A stretch of 64,000 nt of DNA from Candidatus Latescibacterota bacterium (GTDB taxonomy: Bacteria > Latescibacterota > UBA2968). This document shows, piece by piece, positions 21,829-30,987 of the stretch. The stretch lies in contig OZ244960.1 in assembly GCA_965222605.1 (NCBI GenBank), forward strand, positions 3,296,001 to 3,360,000, in the 5' to 3' direction. The first letter of the stretch is position 1. Each line of letters begins with the position of its first letter. Made by a program: the position numbers and the translations under genes. A model generated the notes under the pieces. That model was not told the DNA's origin, ran no database searches, and saw nothing but the letters and a program-made list of their open reading frames with translations.

Positions 21829-24159
21829 GTGAGATATTTGATACTGAATTTGTGGATTATTTTGCTTCTGTCATCCGCGGGATGGGCGAGTTCCGAGGTC
21901 GAGGTTTTGGAAGCCGCGGTGAAAGCTGCGCCAAAAGATGGCGATGCATGGGTTGTGTTGGGCGATGTGTATCTCAATGCGGGGGAGATCGAGAAGGCCG
22001 ATAGTGCGTTTCGCAAAGGTATTCGGTATGCAGGGTCGGCAGAGGCTTATGTGGGGTTGGGACGGGTGTATATGGCGAGGGGACCAAGGCGGGCGCGACA
22101 GGGGTTGCCGTATTTTCGGATGGCGCGGGCAAAGGATCCGAAGTCGATAGATGCCGAGTTGTATCTGGCGCGGGCAAAGGTGATGCTGCGCGATCTGGAT
22201 GCTGAGGATGCGTTTCGCCGCGTGATTGCAATGGCGCCAGATAACGCACCTGTGTATTTGGAATTGGCCGATTGGTATGTCAATCACAATTTTGAAATGT
22301 ATTATGGCGAGATTCGCCTGCTGTACGAAAAGTATCTGAGGCTGAGGCCGGGTGATGTCGAGGCGCTCTACGGATTGGCGGTGTCTCATACTGAGGAGCA
22401 CAATTACCAGTCTGTCGTTGGGATTGGCGAGATGGCGTTGGCGAAAAATCCAGGCGAGGCGCGATTGTTGGCGTTGCTTGCACAAGCTCACGCAGGTCTG
22501 GGCGATCCGGATCGGGCACTGGAGTTATTCGCGCAATATTTCGATGCGATCCCGGCAGCAGAACGGGCGCTTTACAAAGATTTGCAGTTGGTGGCAAGGC
22601 CGGAGGAGTTGAAGGTATATGAATCGCTGGCAGAAGAAGAACGCGCAGCGTTTTTGGCGACGTTTTGGCGCAAGCGCGATTTGACGCTGGTGTCGGGTGG
22701 TCTTGCGCGAGAGGCAGAACACTATCGTCGGGTGTGGTTCGCAAGGACGCATTTTGCAAAAGCTGTGCAGCCGTGGGACCGGCGTGGCGAGGTGTATATT
22801 CGGTATGGGGAGCCGGATTATCGGTCGCGTTCGCACGCGCCCAATGCGGTGCCGAGTGCTGAGGCTGAGGCGGTGAAGGAGAGGTTGGCTCTGGATATTG
22901 TGGGGGGTTTTGTGGCGTCGGGTGAAATGACTGAGGAATCGTTTTTTGGCGGTGTGGATGATGAGCAGGCGGTTGGGGATTACGAGGGTGTTAATCTGGT
23001 TGAACCGGTTTATCCCGTGACGTTTAACGAGCGGTCGGTGCCGTGGGAGTCGTGGATTTACACGCAGGTTGGCGGCGGTGTGGAGTTTGTTTTTGTAGAT
23101 GAGTTGCTCAATGGCAAGTGGCAGTTTCCCTCGCTGCCAGATGGTTCGCGCATGTCGGGTGAGCGGTTGTCCGCGCTTTTGCAATACCATCCGGGCGCGG
23201 TGTTGAACGATGTGGTGGCTTCCACGCCGGAATATTTTGATTTGCCGCCGGGGATTGAACCGTTGGAGTTTTATTACGATGTGGCGCGTTTTAGAGGAAA
23301 AGAGGGTAAGACCGGGGTCGAGGTGTATTACGGCGTGCCGACTCTGGAGGTGGGTATTGAAAATGAGAATGGGCATGTGCGCCGTTCGGTGGTGATTTCA
23401 GACGATGAGGGCGAGGAGGTGTTTCGGACTCGGGATGATTTGCATTTTGGGGGTATTGATGCCAAGCAGTTGAAGAAGGGGACATTTGTGCCCGATATGG
23501 CTTATCTGGAAGTGCCACCTGGCACGTATCGCATGGCGGTGCATTTGACCGATGTGCATTCGGGTAAGTGGGGGGTTTATGTGCAGGATTTGGTAGCGCG
23601 GGCATTTTCCGATTCACTGGCGATGAGCGATCTGGAATTGGCGTGGTCCATTGGCGAGGAGGAGGAGTTTCACGACAAATACCGCAAGGGCGATGTGTGG
23701 GTGATGCCCATGCCGTCGCGCAGCTTTGTAAATGATCGCAGTGTGTTCGTTTATTATGAGATTTACAATTTGCAACGCGATGAATTTGGGCAGACGCGAT
23801 ACAAAGTGTCCTATACGATTCAGCAGGATGTGCGATCGGGTTCTTCGATTTTTGGGTTGTTGAGTGGGGGATTTAAAAAATTGATGGCCAGGGGTAAAAA
23901 GCCACAGGTGGCGGTGAGTTATGAGCATGTGGGACGAGATGTGTGGGAGCCGATCCATCTGGAGTTGGACTCAAAAAAGATGATACTGGGCCTCAATCAG
24001 GTTGAGATTGAAGTGGCGGATTTGTTGAGTGGTCAATCTGTGAAACGCGAGGCTATTTTCAGATTGGAGCCGCAGATAGCCGAAAGACAACGGCAAAATC
24101 AGGGGAATGATGTGCGACAGAATAGGCGCGAGAGGCGGGATGGTGAACGAAGTCGGTGA
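21829..24159 (+). CDS. secreted TPR-repeat GWxTD-domain protein
   Basis: Signal peptide from GTG 21829, TPRs, FWRKRD...EHYRR...PWDRRGEVYIRYGEPD, WESWIY. Confidence 0.8.
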   Translation: MRYLILNLWIILLLSSAGWASSEVEVLEAAVKAAPKDGDAWVVLGDVYLNAGEIEKADSAFRKGIRYAGSAEAYVGLGRVYMARGPRRARQGLPYFRMARAKDPKSIDAELYLARAKVMLRDLDAEDAFRRVIAMAPDNAPVYLELADWYVNHNFEMYYGEIRLLYEKYLRLRPGDVEALYGLAVSHTEEHNYQSVVGIGEMALAKNPGEARLLALLAQAHAGLGDPDRALELFAQYFDAIPAAERALYKDLQLVARPEELKVYESLAEEERAAFLATFWRKRDLTLVSGGLAREAEHYRRVWFARTHFAKAVQPWDRRGEVYIRYGEPDYRSRSHAPNAVPSAEAEAVKERLALDIVGGFVASGEMTEESFFGGVDDEQAVGDYEGVNLVEPVYPVTFNERSVPWESWIYTQVGGGVEFVFVDELLNGKWQFPSLPDGSRMSGERLSALLQYHPGAVLNDVVASTPEYFDLPPGIEPLEFYYDVARFRGKEGKTGVEVYYGVPTLEVGIENENGHVRRSVVISDDEGEEVFRTRDDLHFGGIDAKQLKKGTFVPDMAYLEVPPGTYRMAVHLTDVHSGKWGVYVQDLVARAFSDSLAMSDLELAWSIGEEEEFHDKYRKGDVWVMPMPSRSFVNDRSVFVYYEIYNLQRDEFGQTRYKVSYTIQQDVRSGSSIFGLLSGGFKKLMARGKKPQVAVSYEHVGRDVWEPIHLELDSKKMILGLNQVEIEVADLLSGQSVKREAIFRLEPQIAERQRQNQGNDVRQNRRERRDGERSR

Positions 24160-24232
24160 GAGGTGTTGTTGTATCGGTGGTGAGTTTCAGAGAAAACAGA
24201 AGAGGCGATCATGTAACTATAATCGCCTTTTT

Positions 24233-25474
24233 TTATGCGCCGGGTGGTGTCCATCCCAGATCACCGAACCGTCGGGAGGTAAGAGCGCGAATTTCATGGG
24301 CTCGGGCGAGGGTTTCGTCGAGTTCTTCCTGAAGGGATTCGGGACGATAGACTTTGCCAGCCCGGATGGTGAGTACGGGATGGATGTTTTTGCAGCCGAT
24401 TTCCAAATTGTCTCTGACGTCGCGGAATCGGAATTCGCCTTCGCGGATTTCAAAGGCCGATAGGTCTGCGACGGTGCCGATTTTGAGGGTGCCCAGATGG
24501 TCGCTTCTGCCAATGGCGGCTGCAGCTGCGGTGGTGGTTTGGCGGACGATGTCGGGGAGTTCGATACCCAGATTAAGCAGTTTGGAGGCAGTTTCTGGGA
24601 GACTGTAAACGGGATCGTTGATTGAACCGGAGTGGATGTCGGTGCTGATGACATCGGGGAGAAAGTCCTGGGCGAGGGCTTTTTGGGCGGTTTCAAAAAG
24701 GAAACTGCCGCCGCCATGGCCGACGTCGAAGAGAATTCCTTGCTGGCGGGCATAGTGGACTTCGGGACGGATGTTGTGCTGGCGGTTTAAAATGGTGTCG
24801 CCAATGGTGGCGTCTCCGTCTCCGCGATAGCAGTGGGTGACGATGTCGCCTGGGCGCAGTTCGGCCAGGATGTCGGAGAGGGCGACGCCAGCGCCCATGT
24901 GGACCATGACGGGTGTGTGGGTCATGTCGGCGGCCTGAACGGCTAACTGTAAGGGGACGACACCGTTTTCTCCGGTGATGGTTTTGCTGATGCGTACTTT
25001 GACGCCTACGCAGGTTTCGGGCCAGGTGTGGACGACGTAGGCGGTGCGTTCGGGGTCGGCATATTTGATGTCGGTCATTTCTCCGATGGGGCCGTAGGTT
25101 AGACCGATGCCGCTGATGTGGACAAAGGTAAGAATCTGGGTGCGGGCGGGGGTGGCGATGAAGTCGCGGAAGGCGAGGAAATTGGCCCAGCCGGGACTGC
25201 CGGCGTCAACGATGGTGGTGACGCCGGTGGCGAGACAGAGGGCATCGGCTTGAATGCCCCAGGTGGTAGCGCCAGCAAAGACGTGGGCATGGATATCAAT
25301 CCAGCCGGGGGTGAGGATTTTGCCAGTAAGGTCCAGGGTTTCTTTGGCGGAATCGGTGATGGATTCGGAAAGGGCGGTAATAGTGGCGTTTTGGATAGCG
25401 ACATCGTGGATGGTGTTGAGGTTTTGGGAGGGATCAATGACGGTGGCGTTTTTCAGGAGGAGGTCGTAGGGCAT
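24233..25474 (-). CDS. dihydroorotase-like metal-dependent amidohydrolase/deacetylase
   Basis: PGWIDIHAH, GVKVR, VMVH, THCY, DVGHGGGSF, ISTDIH. Confidence 0.85.
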   Translation of the reverse strand: MPYDLLLKNATVIDPSQNLNTIHDVAIQNATITALSESITDSAKETLDLTGKILTPGWIDIHAHVFAGATTWGIQADALCLATGVTTIVDAGSPGWANFLAFRDFIATPARTQILTFVHISGIGLTYGPIGEMTDIKYADPERTAYVVHTWPETCVGVKVRISKTITGENGVVPLQLAVQAADMTHTPVMVHMGAGVALSDILAELRPGDIVTHCYRGDGDATIGDTILNRQHNIRPEVHYARQQGILFDVGHGGGSFLFETAQKALAQDFLPDVISTDIHSGSINDPVYSLPETASKLLNLGIELPDIVRQTTTAAAAAIGRSDHLGTLKIGTVADLSAFEIREGEFRFRDVRDNLEIGCKNIHPVLTIRAGKVYRPESLQEELDETLARAHEIRALTSRRFGDLGWTPPGA

Positions 25475-25505
25475 TGGGAGTCTCCTTTTTCTTAAAAAAT
25501 TGTGT

Positions 25506-26420
25506 TTATCCCCTGCGGTCGCTCCAGATATTATGGGCATCAATGGGTTCTTCTGTGTGGACAGTGCCCTGTTCATCGATGCCCAGGACAGGTAGCTCCT
25601 CGTGATAGTTGGCATAGGGTCCCCACATGACGGCGCGTTGTTCAGGTGTCATGCCGTCGATGTGTGACCGGTCCCAATAATTTTCGGGGGGTGCAACTTC
25701 CTCTGCGGTTCCCTGTCGGGCAGAAGTTCTGCCCGTGTATTTGTAGAGAATGGATCGGCGCTGGTGTTCTGCTTGCCAGGGCAAGGTGCCGTGCGTTTGC
25801 GCGCCGTCCATGAAAAAGAGGACATCTCCCGCTTTCATAGCGGGTTGAACGAGTACGTCCATGTCGCTTTTGAAGTATTTGAGATCTTCGGGCATGACGT
25901 ATTTGGATTTGTGAGATCCCGGTACAGCGACAAATCCGCCATCGCCTTTGCCGATGTCTGATAGTTGCCAGGAGACTGTGACGCCGCCGCAGTGCATTTC
26001 GCCATTTTGATTGCGATAGGCCACGTAAGGTTTGTGGCGGTCGCCCGATCCGTGCAGCCGGAGACCATCTACGCCTTTGATATGACCGATTAACTCGGGA
26101 CCGTGATCCAGTCGAAAGCCGCGACCACACATTTTGTTGAGGCGAGATACGATCTGGGGATGGACGAGCAATTTTCTGAAGGGATCGGCATACGGTGGGG
26201 GCATTTTCAGGAAATAGGGGTGCTGGTTGCTGGTTCTGACGACTGTATTTGCCTGAACATCTGGTCTTCCGGGCAGGTCGTCAGAGTCCTGGATTTTCAA
26301 AATTTCCCGGGTGTAATAATCGATGGCTTCATTTGCTTCCGCGACTTCATCGGGGCTGAGTACTTGAGGCACAACGAGATGCCCGGTGAGGTCCCAGAAG
26401 TATCTTTCTTTTGCGTCCAT
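25506..26420 (-). CDS. phytanoyl-CoA dioxygenase (PhyH) family Fe(II)/2OG oxygenase
   Basis: GHLVVPQVLS, LHGSG, GGFVAVPGSHK, AGDVLFF, THG, RRS. Confidence 0.85.
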   Translation of the reverse strand: MDAKERYFWDLTGHLVVPQVLSPDEVAEANEAIDYYTREILKIQDSDDLPGRPDVQANTVVRTSNQHPYFLKMPPPYADPFRKLLVHPQIVSRLNKMCGRGFRLDHGPELIGHIKGVDGLRLHGSGDRHKPYVAYRNQNGEMHCGGVTVSWQLSDIGKGDGGFVAVPGSHKSKYVMPEDLKYFKSDMDVLVQPAMKAGDVLFFMDGAQTHGTLPWQAEHQRRSILYKYTGRTSARQGTAEEVAPPENYWDRSHIDGMTPEQRAVMWGPYANYHEELPVLGIDEQGTVHTEEPIDAHNIWSDRRG

Positions 26421-26438
26421 TGCGGAATTCCTCGCGTT

Positions 26439-28112
26439 TTACGCCGGTGCCCAGGCGCGGGGTGCAATGCCTTCGATGTGTGTTTTGACATCGATGATGG
26501 CGGGTTTGTTAGAGGCAAGTGCTTGATCTAAGGCACCTGATAGTTCGCTGGGATGATTTACCGTGGCGCCAAAGCAGTCCATGGATTGCGCGATTTTTGC
26601 AAAGTCGGCGTCGGTGAGTATCCAGAGTTCATCGGATCCAGGGGTTTGTGCGCCATAGGTTCGCTCGTTGACGGATTTTTCCTGGTTGAGCGAGCGGTTG
26701 TTGTTTACGATGGTTACTGTGGGGATGTTGTATCGCAATGCGGTGTCGAGTTCGGTCATGTGATACCATATCCCACCGTCGCCAGTGAAGCAGATAACGG
26801 GGCGGTCGGGTTTGGCGCATTTGGCGCCAATGGCTGCGGGAAGACCCCAGCCGAGGGATCCGGCGCAGCGGATGAACATTTGATCGGGGTGTTTGAGGTC
26901 CATCATGGTGCCGGTCCATATCCCGGAATGACCCGTGTCAGAGACGAGGATGGCGTCTGAAGGGAGGAGGTCGGTGAGTTCTTTGCAAAGGCGTTCGGGA
27001 CGCATGGGGTTGTCGTCTGAGTTGACGAGTGGGGCGACTTCGTTGCGCCATTCGCGGACGAGGTCCTGGGCGCGGTTGATCCATTCAGCGCGCTCTGCAA
27101 CGGGGTCGGCATTGTCGATCATTTTGCGCAGTGATGCCTGAACATCGCCTTGCAGGCCGAGTGATAGTGGGAAAGAACGCCCCAGTTCAGAGGGGTTGAT
27201 GTCGAGCTGGATGACGGGCGTACCTTTGGGCGGAATTTTCCATTCGTTGGTGACCTGTCCACCCGCGTGACTGCCGATAAAGAAGACGAGGTCGGCTTCG
27301 CAGACGATTTTGTTGGCGCAGGCGCGGGAGTATTGGCCGCATACGCCAATGGCGAGCGGATGGTCGTAGGGAAAGGTTTCTTTGGCGTTGAGGGAGGTGG
27401 CGACGGGAATGGATAATTTTTCGGCGAGTTCGACGAGTTCGGCACCTGCTTCGGAATAGGTGACGCCTCCGCCGGCGATGATGACGGGGCGTTTTGCCTG
27501 GGTGAGCAATTTGATGGCTTCCCGCACACTTGATTGTTCTGGCTCTGGACGGAAGGGGGGCATGCGTGTGAATTGTTCTTCTATGATGACGTTCAGGTCC
27601 GCTTTCGCTTCTGCGATGTTTTGTCCGACAAAGCCATCAAAGTCGAGGTGAACGGGACCGGGTGTACCGGATACGGATTCTCGAAATGCCTGACGCATGA
27701 AGTAGGGCAGTTGATCGAGTTCGCTGACGTTAATACTGTATTTGGTGACCGCGCTAAAGGGTGCTTTGTGATCGACTTCTTGATAGGCGTGGCGCTGCTG
27801 GTTGATCTGGGTTTGGCGTCCGGTGATGGCGATGACTGGGGCGCAGGCGAGATAAGCGTCTTGCAGGCCAGCGGCGAGGTTGGCCGCGCCGACAGATTGG
27901 GCCATGCAGATGCCGGGACCCCGGTTGACGCGGGCGTACGCATCGGCCATGTAGGCAGCGGCTTTTTCGCCGTGTGTCATGATGCGTTCGATACCCAGGT
28001 TTTCCATTTCATATAGTGCTTTGGGTGCGATTACGGGCATGAAGAAGACATGTGTAATGCCATATCCTTTGAAGGTTTCAGCGATGAATCGGCCGCCGGT
28101 CATTTGGGGCAT
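26439..28112 (-). CDS. thiamine-diphosphate-dependent enzyme (acetolactate synthase-like)
   Basis: HGEKAAAYMADAYAR, GPVHLD, GSLGWGLPAAIGA, GDGG...NN. Confidence 0.88.
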   Translation of the reverse strand: MPQMTGGRFIAETFKGYGITHVFFMPVIAPKALYEMENLGIERIMTHGEKAAAYMADAYARVNRGPGICMAQSVGAANLAAGLQDAYLACAPVIAITGRQTQINQQRHAYQEVDHKAPFSAVTKYSINVSELDQLPYFMRQAFRESVSGTPGPVHLDFDGFVGQNIAEAKADLNVIIEEQFTRMPPFRPEPEQSSVREAIKLLTQAKRPVIIAGGGVTYSEAGAELVELAEKLSIPVATSLNAKETFPYDHPLAIGVCGQYSRACANKIVCEADLVFFIGSHAGGQVTNEWKIPPKGTPVIQLDINPSELGRSFPLSLGLQGDVQASLRKMIDNADPVAERAEWINRAQDLVREWRNEVAPLVNSDDNPMRPERLCKELTDLLPSDAILVSDTGHSGIWTGTMMDLKHPDQMFIRCAGSLGWGLPAAIGAKCAKPDRPVICFTGDGGIWYHMTELDTALRYNIPTVTIVNNNRSLNQEKSVNERTYGAQTPGSDELWILTDADFAKIAQSMDCFGATVNHPSELSGALDQALASNKPAIIDVKTHIEGIAPRAWAPA

Positions 28113-28204
28113 GTTGTTCTCCTTTGGGCATGTTGTACTGGGATAACAGGTTATCGTTAGATAATGAACTTCAAAAATGTTTAAAATTCAAGACAAAAAA
28201 GAGG

Positions 28205-29137
28205 TCAGTGGTGTATCCGTTGTTTTGCAAGCGCGACTGCGCCGAGAAGTACGGAGCGGTTTTTGAGTTTGGCGGGTGCGATTCTGAGGTGTGGACGGTG
28301 AACTGGCATGAGGAATCGACGGGTTTCTCTTCGCAGCGGTTGAAAAAGTACGCGCCCGGCGTTTGATACGCCGCCTCCGATGACGATGACGTCGGGGGAG
28401 AATGCGTTTACAGCCATTGCCAGACCTTGCCCGAGGTCGGTGCAGATTTCATCGACGAGTGCTCTGGCATAAGGGTCTCCAGAACGCGCGGTGTCAAAAA
28501 GGGTTTTGGCTGTGATGGGGTTTGCGGTTCGCGCGATTGCGATGCCTTTGCGCGGATGTTTTTTTATTGCTGCTTTTGCGCGTCTGGCGATGGCAGTGCC
28601 CGAACATAGGGCTTCGAGGCAGCCGCGATTGCCGCAGTCGCATTGGGGTCCGTCGCGCAAGATAGGTACATGTCCGAGTTCGCCGGCATATCCGTTGCCA
28701 CCGCGGTAAATTTCGCCGTTGATGATGATGCCCCCACCAATACCGGTGCTGACGGTGTAGTAGATGATGTGGCGACTGTTTTTCCCCGCGCCAAAAGTAA
28801 ATTCTCCCAGCGCGCCCACGTTGGCATCGTTGTCAATTATTGCGGGTAAGCCGAGGTGTTGTTCGACAATTTTTGGCAGTGGGCAGTCGTTCCATCCAGC
28901 GACGTGGGTGGAGTTGACGATGCGCTGTGTGTCGAAGTTGACGGGACCGCCAAATCCAATGCCGCAGGCCAATACGGGTGATTGTGAGATCAGTGTTTTA
29001 CTTGCGGCGAGTATGCGGTCAATTCTTTTGTCGGCGTGGTCGTTTGTTTGGTGCTGGATGTGTTTGATGATGCGACCGTCGGGCGAGGCGAGGGCAAGGC
29101 CAAATTGGGAACCGCCGATGTCAATGGCGAGGATCAT
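28205..29137 (-). CDS. ROK family sugar kinase (glucokinase-like)
   Basis: AIDIGGS, DNDAN, STGIGGG, GELGH, CDCGNRGCLE; start trimmed to 29137. Confidence 0.9.
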   Translation of the reverse strand: MILAIDIGGSQFGLALASPDGRIIKHIQHQTNDHADKRIDRILAASKTLISQSPVLACGIGFGGPVNFDTQRIVNSTHVAGWNDCPLPKIVEQHLGLPAIIDNDANVGALGEFTFGAGKNSRHIIYYTVSTGIGGGIIINGEIYRGGNGYAGELGHVPILRDGPQCDCGNRGCLEALCSGTAIARRAKAAIKKHPRKGIAIARTANPITAKTLFDTARSGDPYARALVDEICTDLGQGLAMAVNAFSPDVIVIGGGVSNAGRVLFQPLRRETRRFLMPVHRPHLRIAPAKLKNRSVLLGAVALAKQRIHH

Positions 29138-30369
29138 GGTGTGGCTCCAGATGGCAATAGGGTGCGGCGCACGAGCAGGGCAATGATGCCTGAAATGGCA
29201 ATGGCTGTGACCATGGAGATGGATGAGGTGCTGTAAAACTGACTGAAGAGGGTGACAAATAATCCCGCCGTGCTCATTTGTATAAATCCCATGAGGGCGG
29301 AGGCAAGCCCGGCTTTTTCCGGATAGGGTACGATTGCGCCGGCCATTGCCTGGGGGCGCACCATACCACCGCCCATGGTGAACAAACACATTGGGGCGAT
29401 GATGCTGATGACCGAAAATACGCCTGCGAGTTTGAGTCCCAGCAGGAGCAGGCCCGCGCCTGCTGCAATCAGGCTGCCAATTTGAATGATGCGTGCGCTG
29501 CCGAGGCGATTGTTGAGGCGGGCAGATAAAAATGCGCCGATCATGAGTCCCACGGCGACCGATCCAAAACAGAAGCCGTAGATTTGGGGGGAGACGCCCA
29601 ACTCGGTGATGAGTACGAAAGATGAGTTTGTGATAAAAGCAAACATGCCCCAGAATAAAATGGCGACCATGAAGGTATATCCGAGGTACTGGCGGCTGCA
29701 CAAGAGGTCGCGGTAATTGGCTATCATGCGCGTTGGATTTATGGCTGTGGGATCGATCATGTTATTGGTTTCGGGCACTGCCCAGAGGTAGCCGAAGAAG
29801 AACAAGCCGCCCAGCGCACTGAGTACGACAAAGACGGCTTGCCATCCAAAATGGGCTTGCAAAAATCCACCTATTATAGGTGCGAGAATGGGGGCGAGAG
29901 CAATGGCTGTGGCCATGTAGGACATTATTCTGGCGGCGTGGGTTTTGCCGTATATGTCGCGTACTACAGCGCGGCTTACAGAAGGACCGCTGCCCCCGGC
30001 AAATCCCTGCAATACACGCGCCAGGATGAGTGCGCCTACTGTGGGTGCAAATAGGCAGCCCAGGCCCGCGAGCGCGTAACAGGCCAGGCCAATGAGCAAG
30101 ATGGGTCGTCGGCCAAATTGGTCAGAGAGTGGGCCAAAGACGAGTTGTGCAGTGCCCAGTGCTATTAAGAAGAAGGTGACGGCGGGCTGGATATGGGTGG
30201 GATGGGTTTGAAACTCCTCAACCATTGCGGGCATTGAGGGCAAAAACATGTCAATGGATAGGGGGGGCAGGCCAGACAGGCCGGTTAGCAAGATGGGAAT
30301 GAGGATGCGAGATGTGGGAGATCGCTGTTCTGCGCTCAAATTATGTCCTTTTATGGGTAGGAGAGGCAT
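29134..30369 (-). CDS. Bcr/CflA family MFS efflux transporter
   Basis: SIDMFLPSMP, GPLSDQFGRRP, LAPIIGG, PET. Confidence 0.9.
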   Translation of the reverse strand: MPLLPIKGHNLSAEQRSPTSRILIPILLTGLSGLPPLSIDMFLPSMPAMVEEFQTHPTHIQPAVTFFLIALGTAQLVFGPLSDQFGRRPILLIGLACYALAGLGCLFAPTVGALILARVLQGFAGGSGPSVSRAVVRDIYGKTHAARIMSYMATAIALAPILAPIIGGFLQAHFGWQAVFVVLSALGGLFFFGYLWAVPETNNMIDPTAINPTRMIANYRDLLCSRQYLGYTFMVAILFWGMFAFITNSSFVLITELGVSPQIYGFCFGSVAVGLMIGAFLSARLNNRLGSARIIQIGSLIAAGAGLLLLGLKLAGVFSVISIIAPMCLFTMGGGMVRPQAMAGAIVPYPEKAGLASALMGFIQMSTAGLFVTLFSQFYSTSSISMVTAIAISGIIALLVRRTLLPSGATP

Positions 30370-30397
30370 CCCTGCCTTGATTTCTGTGAGAGAGGGA

Positions 30398-30625
30398 CTA
30401 AATCAAGGATATGATAAACCAGATAATGACGATGGCGATAAAGGGCGAGATGTCCAGGCCACCCAGATCGGGCAACAGACGGCGAATGGGTACGAGCACC
30501 GGATCTGTGATGGCGCATATTATTCTGATGAGTGGGTTGGATGGATTGGGATTTATCCATGAGATGAGTGCTCGCGCAATGATGATGTAGCCGTAAATTG
30601 TGAGCAGGTTTACCAGGAAGAACAT
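30398..30625 (-). CDS. yggT: YggT family membrane protein
   Basis: LISWI, TDPVLVPIRR, GGLDISP. Confidence 0.9.
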   Translation of the reverse strand: MFFLVNLLTIYGYIIIARALISWINPNPSNPLIRIICAITDPVLVPIRRLLPDLGGLDISPFIAIVIIWFIISLI

Positions 30626-30845
30626 AAGAGGGCCTTTCGCAATGCGGTTGTAAGAAGCTGTTTTAAGATAGCTTCTAAGAATAGATGTGATAAATTATTG
30701 CTTTGCGCGAGAAAAGCAACGGAAAAGCCAGGGCTAAGCGGCGCGTGTTTTTTTTAAGGACCAGAGGCTTTTTAGATGTTGCACACGTTGGAAAAATTTG
30801 GTATTAATAAGCGATCAGTAATCAGCCTGTAGCTCCCCAACCCAT

Positions 30846-30965
30846 CCTGGACGCCTACTTAAGGCATGCAGGCGTGACGACAGGAATAGCGAATGTCATC
30901 GCGGCATGGTTAAAGCCGCGATCCAGGAGGTTTTTAGCTGGGACGGCACAGGGACCGTCCCCTAC
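30846..30965. repeat. cluster of REP-like palindromes (two GTCA-type, one GTAG-type)
   Basis: GTCATCGCGGCATGGTTAAAGCCGCGATCC is the near reverse complement of the 54168-54197 unit; GGGACGGCACAGGGACCGTCCCCTAC at 30940. Confidence 0.65.
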
Positions 30966-30987
30966 CACTGACCATCGAGACCTTTTT

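Noticed and set aside
29138-29701. Apparent 498-aa ROK protein with a long N-terminal extension
   Set aside because: Extension overlaps the MFS gene in another frame; the real start is the ATGA-coupled ATG at 29137
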